Positions 20,363-29,383 of a DNA stretch of 64,000 nt are shown here, in pieces. The DNA is from an uncultured delta proteobacterium (lineage in GTDB: Bacteria; Myxococcota; B64-G9): the NCBI GenBank assembly GCA_963754925.1, contig CAVWHX010000004.1:352001-416000 (forward strand), read 5' to 3'. Both the position numbers and the translations under genes were made by a program. The stretch's first letter is position 1; each line of letters opens with the position of its first letter. The notes below the pieces were generated by a model. It made no database searches. It was not told where the DNA came from and worked only from the letters and a program-made list of their open reading frames with translations.

Positions 20363-22033
20363 ATGAAAACCGAAAGTACCGTGTTGGGATTTGTATCCGT
20401 CGTCTGTTTAGCCGCACTTCTGGGCGGCGCTCGGTGCAAGGAGAAGTCAGAGTCGCGTTCGACTAACCAGACGCAGACGGTACCGGCGAATCCCGGTCCA
20501 GAGGGGAGAGACGCCATGAATCAAAAACCAACAAACGAACCGGCATTCAGACCGCAGGTCGCGGGTTCATTTTACCCGGCCGATCCAGACGAGTTGCGGA
20601 GCATGATACAGGATTACCTCAACGCTGCCCGCAAAGCCGGCAAGCGGGTAAGCGGGGATCTTCTGGGAGTGATTGTGCCGCACGCCGGCTACCCGTATTC
20701 GGGCCCGATCGCAGCCTATGCCTTTCAAGCGCTTACGGATCGACCTATCAAACGCGTGGTCGTGCTCGGCCCGGCTCATCGGCGAGCATACGCGGTCCCG
20801 GCGTTGCTCGATGCGCCGGCGTACCACACCCCGCTGGGGGATATCCCGATCGATCGCGACGGGGTCCGGCGTCTGGCCGCGACCAAGGCGGCTGTGTTGG
20901 ATACGACGAAATTCATCGGCGAACACGCCTTGGAGGTCGAGCTTCCCTTTCTCCAAATGGTGTTGAAGGACTTCAGCATAGTGCCGGTGATGATCAGCGA
21001 ACCGGATCCGAAAGCCGCCACGAGGCTCGCTCAGGCCCTGAAGGAAACCTTTCCTGCAAACGATACGGTCGTTGTTGCCAGCAGCGATATGTCCCATGAT
21101 TATCCGTATCAGGTGGCAACGGCCATGGATGAAAATGCTCTGCGTTATGTAACGGCTCTTGATTCGGCCGGGTTGTATAAAGCGTACCGTGCCTTTTATG
21201 ACGCCGGAATGGATATCAAGGTCGGTGCGGATGGCAAACCCGTTCCCGATGCCGCGCAATTTTGCGGGATGGGGCCGGTATTGACCCTACTCGAGCTTGC
21301 GAAGCTCTATCAGAGCTCCGGCGCCAGACCCCAAGCGCTGGTGCTCGACCGACGCAATTCGGGGGATATTGTCGGCGACAAGCATAGTCGCATCGTCGGT
21401 TACAGCGCAGTGGTCGTTACCCTAGCCACCGCGCGCCCCGAGAACCAGCAAAATCCATCCGGTTCGACCGGCGATTTTCTCTTTGAGGCCGAGAAGCAGG
21501 AACTCTTAACTATTGCTCGCCAGACCCTTGAGACCTACCTAACCAACGGCCGCGTAAAGGATTTCAAGCCCACCAGTCAAAAATTGCAAGAACCCGGGGC
21601 GGCTTTTGTCACACTGCATAAGCATGGCGATCTCCGCGGTTGTATCGGCTATATGGAACCAATTTCGCCGCTGTGGGAGATGATCCGCGATCGAGCCATT
21701 GACGCGGCCGTTCACGATAGCCGTTTTTCCCCGGTCCGGGCCCAGGAGTTGGCCGATATCTCCATTGAGATCTCGGTGCTCTCCCCTCGGGTCGAGGTCA
21801 AGGATCCCTTGAAGGAAATCCAGATCGGCCGCGATGGAGTCTGGCTCGAGCTGGGGATGGCCCGCGGCGTGTTCTTGCCCCAGGTTCCGGTGGAGCAACA
21901 CTGGACCACGGTCGAGGAATATCTCGACAACCTTTGTTACAAGGCCCACGTTCCAGAGCGCGGCTGCTGGAAATCCAGCGACGCTAAGATCATGCGCTTT
22001 ACGGCCCTCGTTTTTTCCGAAAAAGAAAAATAA
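20363..22033 (+). CDS. AmmeMemoRadiSam protein B (Memo) - protein A (AMMECR1) fusion
   Basis: VAGSFYP, PHAGYPYSG, EHALEVELPFLQ, SSDMSH, CG; then AAFVTL...LRGCIG, D.RF, EISVLS, GVFLPQV. Alternative start at 20516. Confidence 0.9.
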   Translation: MKTESTVLGFVSVVCLAALLGGARCKEKSESRSTNQTQTVPANPGPEGRDAMNQKPTNEPAFRPQVAGSFYPADPDELRSMIQDYLNAARKAGKRVSGDLLGVIVPHAGYPYSGPIAAYAFQALTDRPIKRVVVLGPAHRRAYAVPALLDAPAYHTPLGDIPIDRDGVRRLAATKAAVLDTTKFIGEHALEVELPFLQMVLKDFSIVPVMISEPDPKAATRLAQALKETFPANDTVVVASSDMSHDYPYQVATAMDENALRYVTALDSAGLYKAYRAFYDAGMDIKVGADGKPVPDAAQFCGMGPVLTLLELAKLYQSSGARPQALVLDRRNSGDIVGDKHSRIVGYSAVVVTLATARPENQQNPSGSTGDFLFEAEKQELLTIARQTLETYLTNGRVKDFKPTSQKLQEPGAAFVTLHKHGDLRGCIGYMEPISPLWEMIRDRAIDAAVHDSRFSPVRAQELADISIEISVLSPRVEVKDPLKEIQIGRDGVWLELGMARGVFLPQVPVEQHWTTVEEYLDNLCYKAHVPERGCWKSSDAKIMRFTALVFSEKEK

Positions 22034-22038
22034 GAACG

Positions 22039-22740
22039 TTACTTGAGCACGGTAAAATCAGCGCGGCGGTTTTTGGCGTAAGCTTCTTCGGTTTGCCTGG
22101 TATCAACGGGCCGCTCCTCGCCATAGGAGATGATAGAAAACCGGTCGGGGCTGAGTCCCAACTTGACCAGATATTGCTTGACGGTGAGCGCCCGGCGTTC
22201 CCCAAGCGCAAGATTGTATTCGGTGCTGCCGCGGCTATCGCAGTTGCCCTCAATTTGAATATGTCCATTTGGACGCTTGCGCAGAAGCTCAGCGTTGTTG
22301 TTCAAGATGGTTTGAGCTTCGTCAGTCAGGGTGGATTCGTTGAACCCGAAATAAACGGTCGCCAAGTTCGCCGGCGCCTCCTCGCTTGAGACTTCGATCT
22401 CCTTGACGGCTGGCTCAGGTGCGGGTTTAGCTTTGACGGCGGCCTCTTCCTGGCGACGCTTCTCGCATTCGGCCGCTGCTTTATCGGCTAGCTGCTTGGC
22501 GGCGACCAAGTTTGTCTTGGCCTCTTCGTACCGTTTCTCTTTGAGCAGCGCCTGAGCGCGGTCCATCATGGTCTTGGCCGCTTGGTAGGTATCGGGAGCG
22601 CAATCTTTGTACTTCTCGATCCCGGACATGGAGCTTTCGGCGGCGTCAATCTCGGGTTGCGGAATGGGTTTCGGGCAGCCGGACAGCAAGAACGCAAGCG
22701 CCAGGGTTGCCAGGCAAACCGTTGTAATCATTATGCGCAT
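22039..22740 (-). CDS. pal: Peptidoglycan-associated lipoprotein Pal/OmpA with helical DUF4398-like N-domain
   Basis: Lipobox LSGC; VYFGFN, IEGNCDSRGSTEYNLALGERRA, SYGEERP, KNRRA. Confidence 0.88.
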   Translation of the reverse strand: MRIMITTVCLATLALAFLLSGCPKPIPQPEIDAAESSMSGIEKYKDCAPDTYQAAKTMMDRAQALLKEKRYEEAKTNLVAAKQLADKAAAECEKRRQEEAAVKAKPAPEPAVKEIEVSSEEAPANLATVYFGFNESTLTDEAQTILNNNAELLRKRPNGHIQIEGNCDSRGSTEYNLALGERRALTVKQYLVKLGLSPDRFSIISYGEERPVDTRQTEEAYAKNRRADFTVLK

Positions 22741-22751
22741 GACAGAGACTC

Positions 22752-24074
22752 CTATTCCTTTACGTTCAGCCAGGTGCTCCAATGGGGCGTCGTGTACTCA
22801 CCCTTATTGTGTGAGATAGGACGCTGGTTGGTGCCATCGGCGTTCATGATATAGATTTTTGATTCTCCACTACGGGTGGAGGAGAAGACCACGTGGTTGC
22901 CGTCCGGACTGAAACGGGGATGTTCGTTGTTGCCTTGGTCCTGCGTGAGCCTGACGATTTCTCCGGTGTCGGGCTTTACCTTGAAAAGGTCATAGACCAA
23001 GCGCTCGTCGCGGGCGTTGAAGAGGATCCAATCCCCCCGCGGGGACCAGTACGGCGTTTGGTTATAGTTACCCTGAAAGGTGAGACGCTTCACATTGGTG
23101 CCGTCAACATTCATCGTGTAGATTTGCGGGGTGCCCGGCCGCTCGCTGACAAAGGCAATTTTTTGCGAGTCGGGAGAGAAGGAGGCCGACGAGTCGATGG
23201 CCCAGTCCCGGGTGAGCCGGCGGAGGTTGTTGCCGTTTGGGTCCATGGTGTAAATCTCGGCGTTATCATCGCGGCTCAAGGTTGCGGCGATTAGCTTGCC
23301 ATTGGGGGCAGCCGCCACCCCGATATTGAGGCCAGGTTCATGGCTTATAACGACGGATTTTCCGGTGGCGAGATCATAGCGATAGAGATGCGGTCCGCCA
23401 TGCAAATACGACGAGTAGTAGATAGCGCTGCCGTCGGCAGACCACGCCGGTAACAAATTGATCGAGTTGTTTTCAATGGGGCAGACCTCATTGGCGCCGT
23501 CAAAGTCCATGTAACAGATGATCTTGTTATTTGAGCCGCCAACCTTTTTGGTAAACACAATTTTCGTAAAGAATATGCTGCGTGTCCCGGTGTAGTGCGT
23601 GACAATCGCATCGGCAAACCGATGCACCATTTGTCGCAAGGCGGCCTCGGGGCCCTTGTACCGTTTGTTGAGCAATTCCCGACCAGCGGCAACGTCGTAC
23701 AGGTGTCCGTCGAGGGTGAGGTCGGTGCCGGATTTAAGCAGTCCCACCTTGACCAAACCTTCGGCGCCCACATTGATCCAATTAGCAAAATTAATAGAAT
23801 CGCCGACAATTCCCTCGCGGCTGGGATCGCCCAAAAACGAGCGCGGATCGATCAACTTGAACGTTCCAGCGATTTCGAGGTCATTGCGTAAGATTTCGCT
23901 CCCGTCGTTTATAAGCTTCTCACCGCTCGCACCGAGATCTTTTATCCCCGGAACCGCCAAAGGATAGGGCCGAAAGTTCGGGTTGTTGATCTCCAGGTAT
24001 TCTCGAGCACCTACCATGCTCGGCAATGCCCAGCCCAATAAAATTCCTACTGCGATTATGGCTCGTTTCACCAC
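22752..24074 (-). CDS. tolB: TolB beta-propeller protein
   Basis: TolB_N region plus PD40 repeats (P.WS.DG, FSPD); upstream of pal. Confidence 0.9.
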   Translation of the reverse strand: MVKRAIIAVGILLGWALPSMVGAREYLEINNPNFRPYPLAVPGIKDLGASGEKLINDGSEILRNDLEIAGTFKLIDPRSFLGDPSREGIVGDSINFANWINVGAEGLVKVGLLKSGTDLTLDGHLYDVAAGRELLNKRYKGPEAALRQMVHRFADAIVTHYTGTRSIFFTKIVFTKKVGGSNNKIICYMDFDGANEVCPIENNSINLLPAWSADGSAIYYSSYLHGGPHLYRYDLATGKSVVISHEPGLNIGVAAAPNGKLIAATLSRDDNAEIYTMDPNGNNLRRLTRDWAIDSSASFSPDSQKIAFVSERPGTPQIYTMNVDGTNVKRLTFQGNYNQTPYWSPRGDWILFNARDERLVYDLFKVKPDTGEIVRLTQDQGNNEHPRFSPDGNHVVFSSTRSGESKIYIMNADGTNQRPISHNKGEYTTPHWSTWLNVKE

Positions 24075-24116
24075 AGGTACTCCTTATTCTCGTCGTACCA
24101 GTATGACTGCGGGTGG

Positions 24117-24144
24117 ATACTAGCATGCGACCGGCGTCTGTCAA
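24117..24144 (-). promoter_or_regulatory. Sigma70-type promoter for tolB-pal
   Basis: TTGACA-N16-TAGTAT with extended -10 TG. Confidence 0.55.
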
Positions 24145-24277
24145 GCTTACATAAAATTTAGAGGCACCTATGCAACCACCTGCCGCCTTGCAATAAGGCT
24201 CTATGTAAACGATGATTTCAGACAACAACGTAATCACACCATTGGTGTCGTCGGCGCCAAAACTCTGGAGGCAAGAA

Positions 24278-24664
24278 ATGACTATACATGTTGTTCGTCT
24301 CGGCTCTGAAAGACTTCCTCATGAGGGATTACGCATTGGCACCGTGCGGCGTCCGCCCCGTGGTGTTTTGAAAAGCGATTTCTCCTCGCACAATTGGTAC
24401 GACGTGTGGTTGCCGATGTTGTCCCCCCGGCCGGAAACAATCAAACGCGCGCAAGACGCTACGACCGAACGAGCATGGGATCGCTTCAAAAAAAGGTACC
24501 GCGCCGAGATGGCTGCGCCGGATGCGAGCAGAACGCTCGACCTGCTTGCGGCTCTCTCGCATCAAACTAACTTTTCCGTCGGTTGTTATTGCGCCGACGA
24601 GTCGCGCTGTCATCGATCGATATTGCGTTCGCTGTTGAAGGAACGAGGCGCAAAAGTTGACTAA
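24278..24664 (+). CDS. DUF488-family (YeaO-like) protein
   Basis: GLRIGTVRRPPRGV, WYDVW...LSP, CYCADESRCHRS; GGAGG RBS. Confidence 0.85.
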   Translation: MTIHVVRLGSERLPHEGLRIGTVRRPPRGVLKSDFSSHNWYDVWLPMLSPRPETIKRAQDATTERAWDRFKKRYRAEMAAPDASRTLDLLAALSHQTNFSVGCYCADESRCHRSILRSLLKERGAKVD

Positions 24665-24675
24665 CGGTTGCGCTC

Positions 24676-25458
24676 TTACATTTTCGCCGCTCTGAAGATT
24701 AACCCAATGCCGTCGGTGGCATATTTATCAGCCAGTTCGCGGGGAGGCGGAGGAAACGGTGCGGCCTGGCGGATGGCGCCTTCGATGGCTGAATCGAATA
24801 ATTTGTTACCGGAGCTCTGCTGAAACCACAACTGCTTAAGTTTACCGTTTCTATCCACGGTGATTACCACGGTCGCCGTAAGAAACATACGTTCGCGTTC
24901 GTCGATCAGTTCTGGCAGGGTGTACCGCGCCTTGACCGATTTATAGATCTCGGTGTAGTAAACATTCCCGACCTCAGCAACGAGCGAGTCGCCTTCGGCA
25001 ACGCCATTCGGTGATCCTTGCGCTCTCTCCTTGGCGGTCCGGCCTTCCTGACGTTGCAGCGTACTGAGGGCTTTATTCATTAACTTCGAATAGTCCACCA
25101 CAGATGGCGGCGCCTTGGGCTCGGGAGGAACTGGTTTACTCGCGGCCGGCGGTTCAACTTGGGGCGCAGGCTGAGGTTGAGGAGGCGGTGTTGTTTCGAC
25201 CTCTTTACGGGGAAGGTATTCCTTTGGTTTTTCCTCACCCTTCTTAAGCAATCTGGTTATGATGGCTTTGTCTCGGATATCGTCGGTCGTGCCCTTGACC
25301 ATGCCGCCAAAGACCAACAAGAGGATCAATCCCGCATGTATCGCCGCCGATAGGGCAATCGCCCACCCGACTTTTGGATGGGGATGCAAGTAACTAAAAC
25401 GATAGGTGGTCATAACCGGTTTCGACGTTTGAATCAGCTCCTGTGATCTACTTGTCAA
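24676..25458 (-). CDS. tolA: TolA/TonB-family protein
   Basis: N-terminal TM with S...H motif (SAAIH), Pro-rich linker, C-terminal SSGN..FD..I..A.PFPPPP. Confidence 0.8.
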   Translation of the reverse strand: MTSRSQELIQTSKPVMTTYRFSYLHPHPKVGWAIALSAAIHAGLILLLVFGGMVKGTTDDIRDKAIITRLLKKGEEKPKEYLPRKEVETTPPPQPQPAPQVEPPAASKPVPPEPKAPPSVVDYSKLMNKALSTLQRQEGRTAKERAQGSPNGVAEGDSLVAEVGNVYYTEIYKSVKARYTLPELIDERERMFLTATVVITVDRNGKLKQLWFQQSSGNKLFDSAIEGAIRQAAPFPPPPRELADKYATDGIGLIFRAAKM

Positions 25459-25870
25459 TTTTTACCGGCTCGGTGAGCATTCCCACTTGATCCACGCCGG
25501 CACGTTTGAGCACCGCCATTATGTCCACTACAAATCCATACGGTATAACACGATCCGCCTGCAGATATATTTCTTTGTCAGTTTTTAGTTTTTGGTTGGT
25601 CGTAAGTTTTTCTTCCAGCTCGTCTCGGGATACCTCGGTCTTGCCGATGTATATTTTCAAGTCCTTGGTAATACTAAGGATAACCCGTTGCTGATCCTCT
25701 TGAATATATTGAGCCTGGGTCTTAGGCAGATCCACTTGGACTCCCTGCTGCATCAACGGCGCGGTAACCATAAAGATGATCAGGAGCACCAACATCACAT
25801 CCACCAAGGGCGTGACATTGATTTCACTCATAGTCGTATCTGACGGACCCGGCCCTGTAGACATTGACAT
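25448..25870 (-). CDS. tolR: TolR
   Basis: [31 protein letters not shown]. Confidence 0.93.
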   Translation of the reverse strand: MSMSTGPGPSDTTMSEINVTPLVDVMLVLLIIFMVTAPLMQQGVQVDLPKTQAQYIQEDQQRVILSITKDLKIYIGKTEVSRDELEEKLTTNQKLKTDKEIYLQADRVIPYGFVVDIMAVLKRAGVDQVGMLTEPVKIDK

Positions 25871-25891
25871 GGCGAAATTCCTTCTTGGAAA

Positions 25892-26629
25892 CTACTTTAG
25901 AAAATGGCGCTTGACGATATTCAAGAAATCATTAGAGAAGTTGTCCATTTCATTGTACAGAACCTTGATCTTCCGCACGAAGTAGTTGTAAGCCATAACC
26001 GCCGGTATGGCGGCAAATAGACCAACCGCCGTAGCAATAAGGGCGTGGGAAATTCCCGGGCCGACCGCCTCTAATGTGGCCGTTCCTGGGCGAATTTCGA
26101 TAAAGGCCTTCATAATTCCGATCACCGTGCCAAAGAGGCCGACAAACGGCGCAGTCGATCCGGTAGTGGCCAACAGGGGTACGAGGCCCTCCATGCTGGT
26201 TATTTCAGCAACGCTGGCGCGGCGAAGAGCTCGTTGAACATTCTCGATCGCCCCCATTGCATCGTACATCCCTCCGCCCGCCTCGCCTTCGGCTTGGGTT
26301 TTTTTCAGTTTGGACAGCTCGACATAACCTGCTCTAAACACTTGACTAATAGGACTTTTCTGGAATTTCTCGCTCGCTTGGTAGATCGCATCGAGACGCT
26401 TGCTGTTCCAAAAAGCCTCGAGAAACTCTATCGATTGATCTTGGGCCTGCTTGAGGGCTCGCCACTTGTAATAGATAATACCCCAGCAAGCGGCCGAGAG
26501 AGCGAGTAACAGCAGCAGCACCAATAATACCACGGGCTCGAGGATCGGGTTGATCAACTTGACCAGCCCGATCATATAACTTTCGTTCGTGGTTTGGGCA
26601 ACCAAGGCTAACCGAATCGCATCGATCAT
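25892..26629 (-). CDS. tolQ: TolQ
   Basis: LATTGSTAPFVGLFGTV, PGISHALIATAVGLFAAIPA. Confidence 0.93.
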   Translation of the reverse strand: MIDAIRLALVAQTTNESYMIGLVKLINPILEPVVLLVLLLLLALSAACWGIIYYKWRALKQAQDQSIEFLEAFWNSKRLDAIYQASEKFQKSPISQVFRAGYVELSKLKKTQAEGEAGGGMYDAMGAIENVQRALRRASVAEITSMEGLVPLLATTGSTAPFVGLFGTVIGIMKAFIEIRPGTATLEAVGPGISHALIATAVGLFAAIPAVMAYNYFVRKIKVLYNEMDNFSNDFLNIVKRHFLK

Positions 26630-26742
26630 AGAACGCTCCTCATTAAAACTACGTACGCTGGCATTCCTACCATATTTTTACGTGCTCAGGCAAGCATTGG
26701 GCTCAAAAACTCATAGGTGATAACAAGATTTGCGGCCATTAC

Positions 26743-26934
26743 TTGACAGATTTTCTTTATGACGGCATGGTTTTGCACGGAGCGACGTATAAGAGATTGT
26801 TGACCGAGCGAAGTGAGAATTATAAGAGACTGTTACGACCGAAGGGAGTTACCGTCTCTTATCCACCGGGCAAGCTCTTATCTCCCAGACAGTTTCTTGT
26901 CCCCCGAACAGGGGGGCGAGACCAAGGATGACGC
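26743..26934 (+). promoter_or_regulatory. Putative promoter and structured leader upstream of metH
   Basis: TTGACA-N17-CATGGT; nested ATAAGAG/CTCTTAT inverted repeats; GC hairpin CCCCC...GGGGG before the RBS. Confidence 0.5.
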
Positions 26935-29376
26935 ATGAAGCCATTTCTAGAGGTCCTCGCCGAGCGAGTTCTCATCCAAGACGGAGCCAAAGGCACCATG
27001 CTGTTCGCTCGGGGTTGGCCGGTTGAGAAGTTGCCCGATCTGTGCAACCTGGATCGACCCGATGAGGTACGCGCGATCCATCGTGCCTACGCCGCGGTTG
27101 GCTGTGATATTCTGTCAACTAATACCTTCAGTTCGATTCGACCTACTCTGGAAGAACACGGCATGGCCGATCGCTTGGCAGACCTCAACCGCCGGGGGGT
27201 TGAGCTTGCTCGGGAGGCAGCGCAGGACCGGGCATATGTCGCGGCCACCATCCCGCCAATTAGTCATTTTCTCAAACCGAGAGGTACGCTTTCCTTTGAT
27301 CAGGCAATCGAGACGTATCGGGAACAAGTGGCCATTTTGGAGGAGGCTTCTGTCGATCTCTACAAGCTTGAAACTGCCTCGGATCTGCGTGAAGTGAAGG
27401 CGGCGCTATTGGCGATACGCTCGCTGAGCAAACGTCCGGTTGTGGCGATGATGTCGTTCGGCAAAGATGGGCGCACCCTCTCGGGAACCACTCCGGAGGC
27501 AGCGGCCATCGTGCTTTCGGCTCTCGGCGCCGATGTGATTGGCGCCAATTGTTCAGTCGGGGTGGCCGAAATTTACCAAAGTTTGCTGGCCATGAGCCAG
27601 GTCAGTCACCTGCCCAAGTGCTCCCAGCCCAACAGCGGGTTGCCGAGCGAGCATGATCAGCGCCTGATCTACCCGCTCGGGCCGGAGATCTTTGCCGACT
27701 ATGTCGAGCGGTTGGTCGAGATCGGCGCCGGGATCCTCGGCGGCTGCTGTGGGACCACCCCGGATCACGTCCGCGCCATGCGCGAGCAGCTTGCACGGTT
27801 GGGTATGGCTGGCCGGCCGCGATATCACGTTCCTCCGGAGACCGGAGAAACCACCTGGCTGTGCAGCAGCACCACCCACCTGGGCATCGGCGACGCGCAT
27901 CCATTTGCCTGGATCGGCGAGCGCATTAATCCGACCCGACGCAAGCGCTTGCGCGCGGCTCTCATAGCGTCAGACATGGGACCAATCCTTCAGGAGGCCG
28001 AGGAGCAAACGCGTATGGGGGCTATGGCATTAGATGTCAATGTCGGCGTCGGCACCGAGGAGTCGGGAGCGCTGATGGATGGCGTCGTGCGCGCGTTGGA
28101 AGACATGCCGGCCCCGCCGTTGGTTCTCGATTCAGCCGATCCGGCAGTCCTGGAGGCAGGCTTACGCGCAGCAACGGGCAAGGTATTAGTCAACTCGGTG
28201 AGCGCCGAGCCGACGCGCCTTGAACGTCTGCTGCCCTTGGTAAAAAGGTACGGGGCCGCGGTAATCGGTCTATGCGTGGATGAAAACGGCGTGCCTGAAA
28301 CCGTCGGCGGGAGGGTGGCGGCCGCCGAGCGCATTCTCACCGCAGCCTCTCAGCACGGCATCGCGCGCTGTGACGTGGTGATAGATCCCGGTGTCGTATC
28401 GGTAGCTGCGGCACCTGACCAACCGGCTCAACTCCTCACCGCTATTTCCGAAATAAAGAAACGCCTCAAGGCCAACACCTGCCTCGGGCTTTCGAACATT
28501 TCGCACGGTATGCCCGATCGTCCAGCGCTGAACGCCGCCTTTCTCGCTATGGCCCTGTCCGCGGGATTGGATGCGGCTATTTTTGATCCGGGCCAGCTTG
28601 AGGTGCGCCGAGCGGCGCGTGGCGGCGCGGTTTTGTCAGGAAGAGATCCGGGTGCCGTCGAGTATCTCAAGGTTGATGAGAGCCGCCTTACCGCGCCATC
28701 GGCCCTTCCAACGGCCTCTCAAAGAACTCCCACCCCTGACGCAGCCGACGATCTCAGCGCGGCATTACTGCGGGGGGATCGAAACGGGTTGTTGACGAAG
28801 CTTAAAGGAGCCCTGGATACATACCCGGCAGGTGACATCGAGAAGGAAGCGCGCCGGCTGCTCAACCAACAGCTCCTGCCAGCCATGGATGAGCTCGGCA
28901 GGCGTTTCAAAGCCAAGGAATTATTCCTGCCCCACCTGATGGCTGCGGCTGAAGCGATGCAGGCCGCGGTCGCGCTGATTGAGCCGCGGCTCTCAAAAGA
29001 GCAGGCCGCGGCCGGGCCACTCCTGGTATTTGCCACGGTCGAGGGCGATGTTCACGACATCGGCAAGAACATCGTCAAGGCAATGCTGCAGGCAGCCGGC
29101 TTTCGGGTGCGCGATCTCGGCAAGAGCATTCCCGCCGCTGTCATTGTTCAAGCGGCGGCCGAGCACAACGCCGCGCTCGTCTGTTTGTCGGCTCTGATGA
29201 CCACGACCATGCGCAGAATGGAAGAGGTGATCACGCTCCTTAGAACCGAGGGGCACTCCGTGCCAGTTTTGGTCGGCGGGGCGGTAGTCACCGAAGGATT
29301 TGCACGCAGCATCGGGGCCGCTTATGCGGAAGACGCGATCCGCGCGGTTGATATGGTGCGCAAGCTGTTATCTTAG
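26935..29376 (+). CDS. metH: Cobalamin-dependent methionine synthase lacking the reactivation domain
   Basis: DGAKGT, GANC and GGCC Zn ligands, IGERINPT pterin domain, GDVHDIGKN B12 motif; ends after the B12 domain. Confidence 0.9.
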   Translation: MKPFLEVLAERVLIQDGAKGTMLFARGWPVEKLPDLCNLDRPDEVRAIHRAYAAVGCDILSTNTFSSIRPTLEEHGMADRLADLNRRGVELAREAAQDRAYVAATIPPISHFLKPRGTLSFDQAIETYREQVAILEEASVDLYKLETASDLREVKAALLAIRSLSKRPVVAMMSFGKDGRTLSGTTPEAAAIVLSALGADVIGANCSVGVAEIYQSLLAMSQVSHLPKCSQPNSGLPSEHDQRLIYPLGPEIFADYVERLVEIGAGILGGCCGTTPDHVRAMREQLARLGMAGRPRYHVPPETGETTWLCSSTTHLGIGDAHPFAWIGERINPTRRKRLRAALIASDMGPILQEAEEQTRMGAMALDVNVGVGTEESGALMDGVVRALEDMPAPPLVLDSADPAVLEAGLRAATGKVLVNSVSAEPTRLERLLPLVKRYGAAVIGLCVDENGVPETVGGRVAAAERILTAASQHGIARCDVVIDPGVVSVAAAPDQPAQLLTAISEIKKRLKANTCLGLSNISHGMPDRPALNAAFLAMALSAGLDAAIFDPGQLEVRRAARGGAVLSGRDPGAVEYLKVDESRLTAPSALPTASQRTPTPDAADDLSAALLRGDRNGLLTKLKGALDTYPAGDIEKEARRLLNQQLLPAMDELGRRFKAKELFLPHLMAAAEAMQAAVALIEPRLSKEQAAAGPLLVFATVEGDVHDIGKNIVKAMLQAAGFRVRDLGKSIPAAVIVQAAAEHNAALVCLSALMTTTMRRMEEVITLLRTEGHSVPVLVGGAVVTEGFARSIGAAYAEDAIRAVDMVRKLLS

Positions 29377-29383
29377 TGCTGTT

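Noticed and set aside
26850..26930. SAM-I riboswitch suggested by CTCTTATC upstream of metH
   Set aside because: Lacks the following AGAG/kink-turn, the GCAAC core and a downstream GAT(A/G)A P1 partner; CTCTTAT instead pairs with upstream ATAAGAG.
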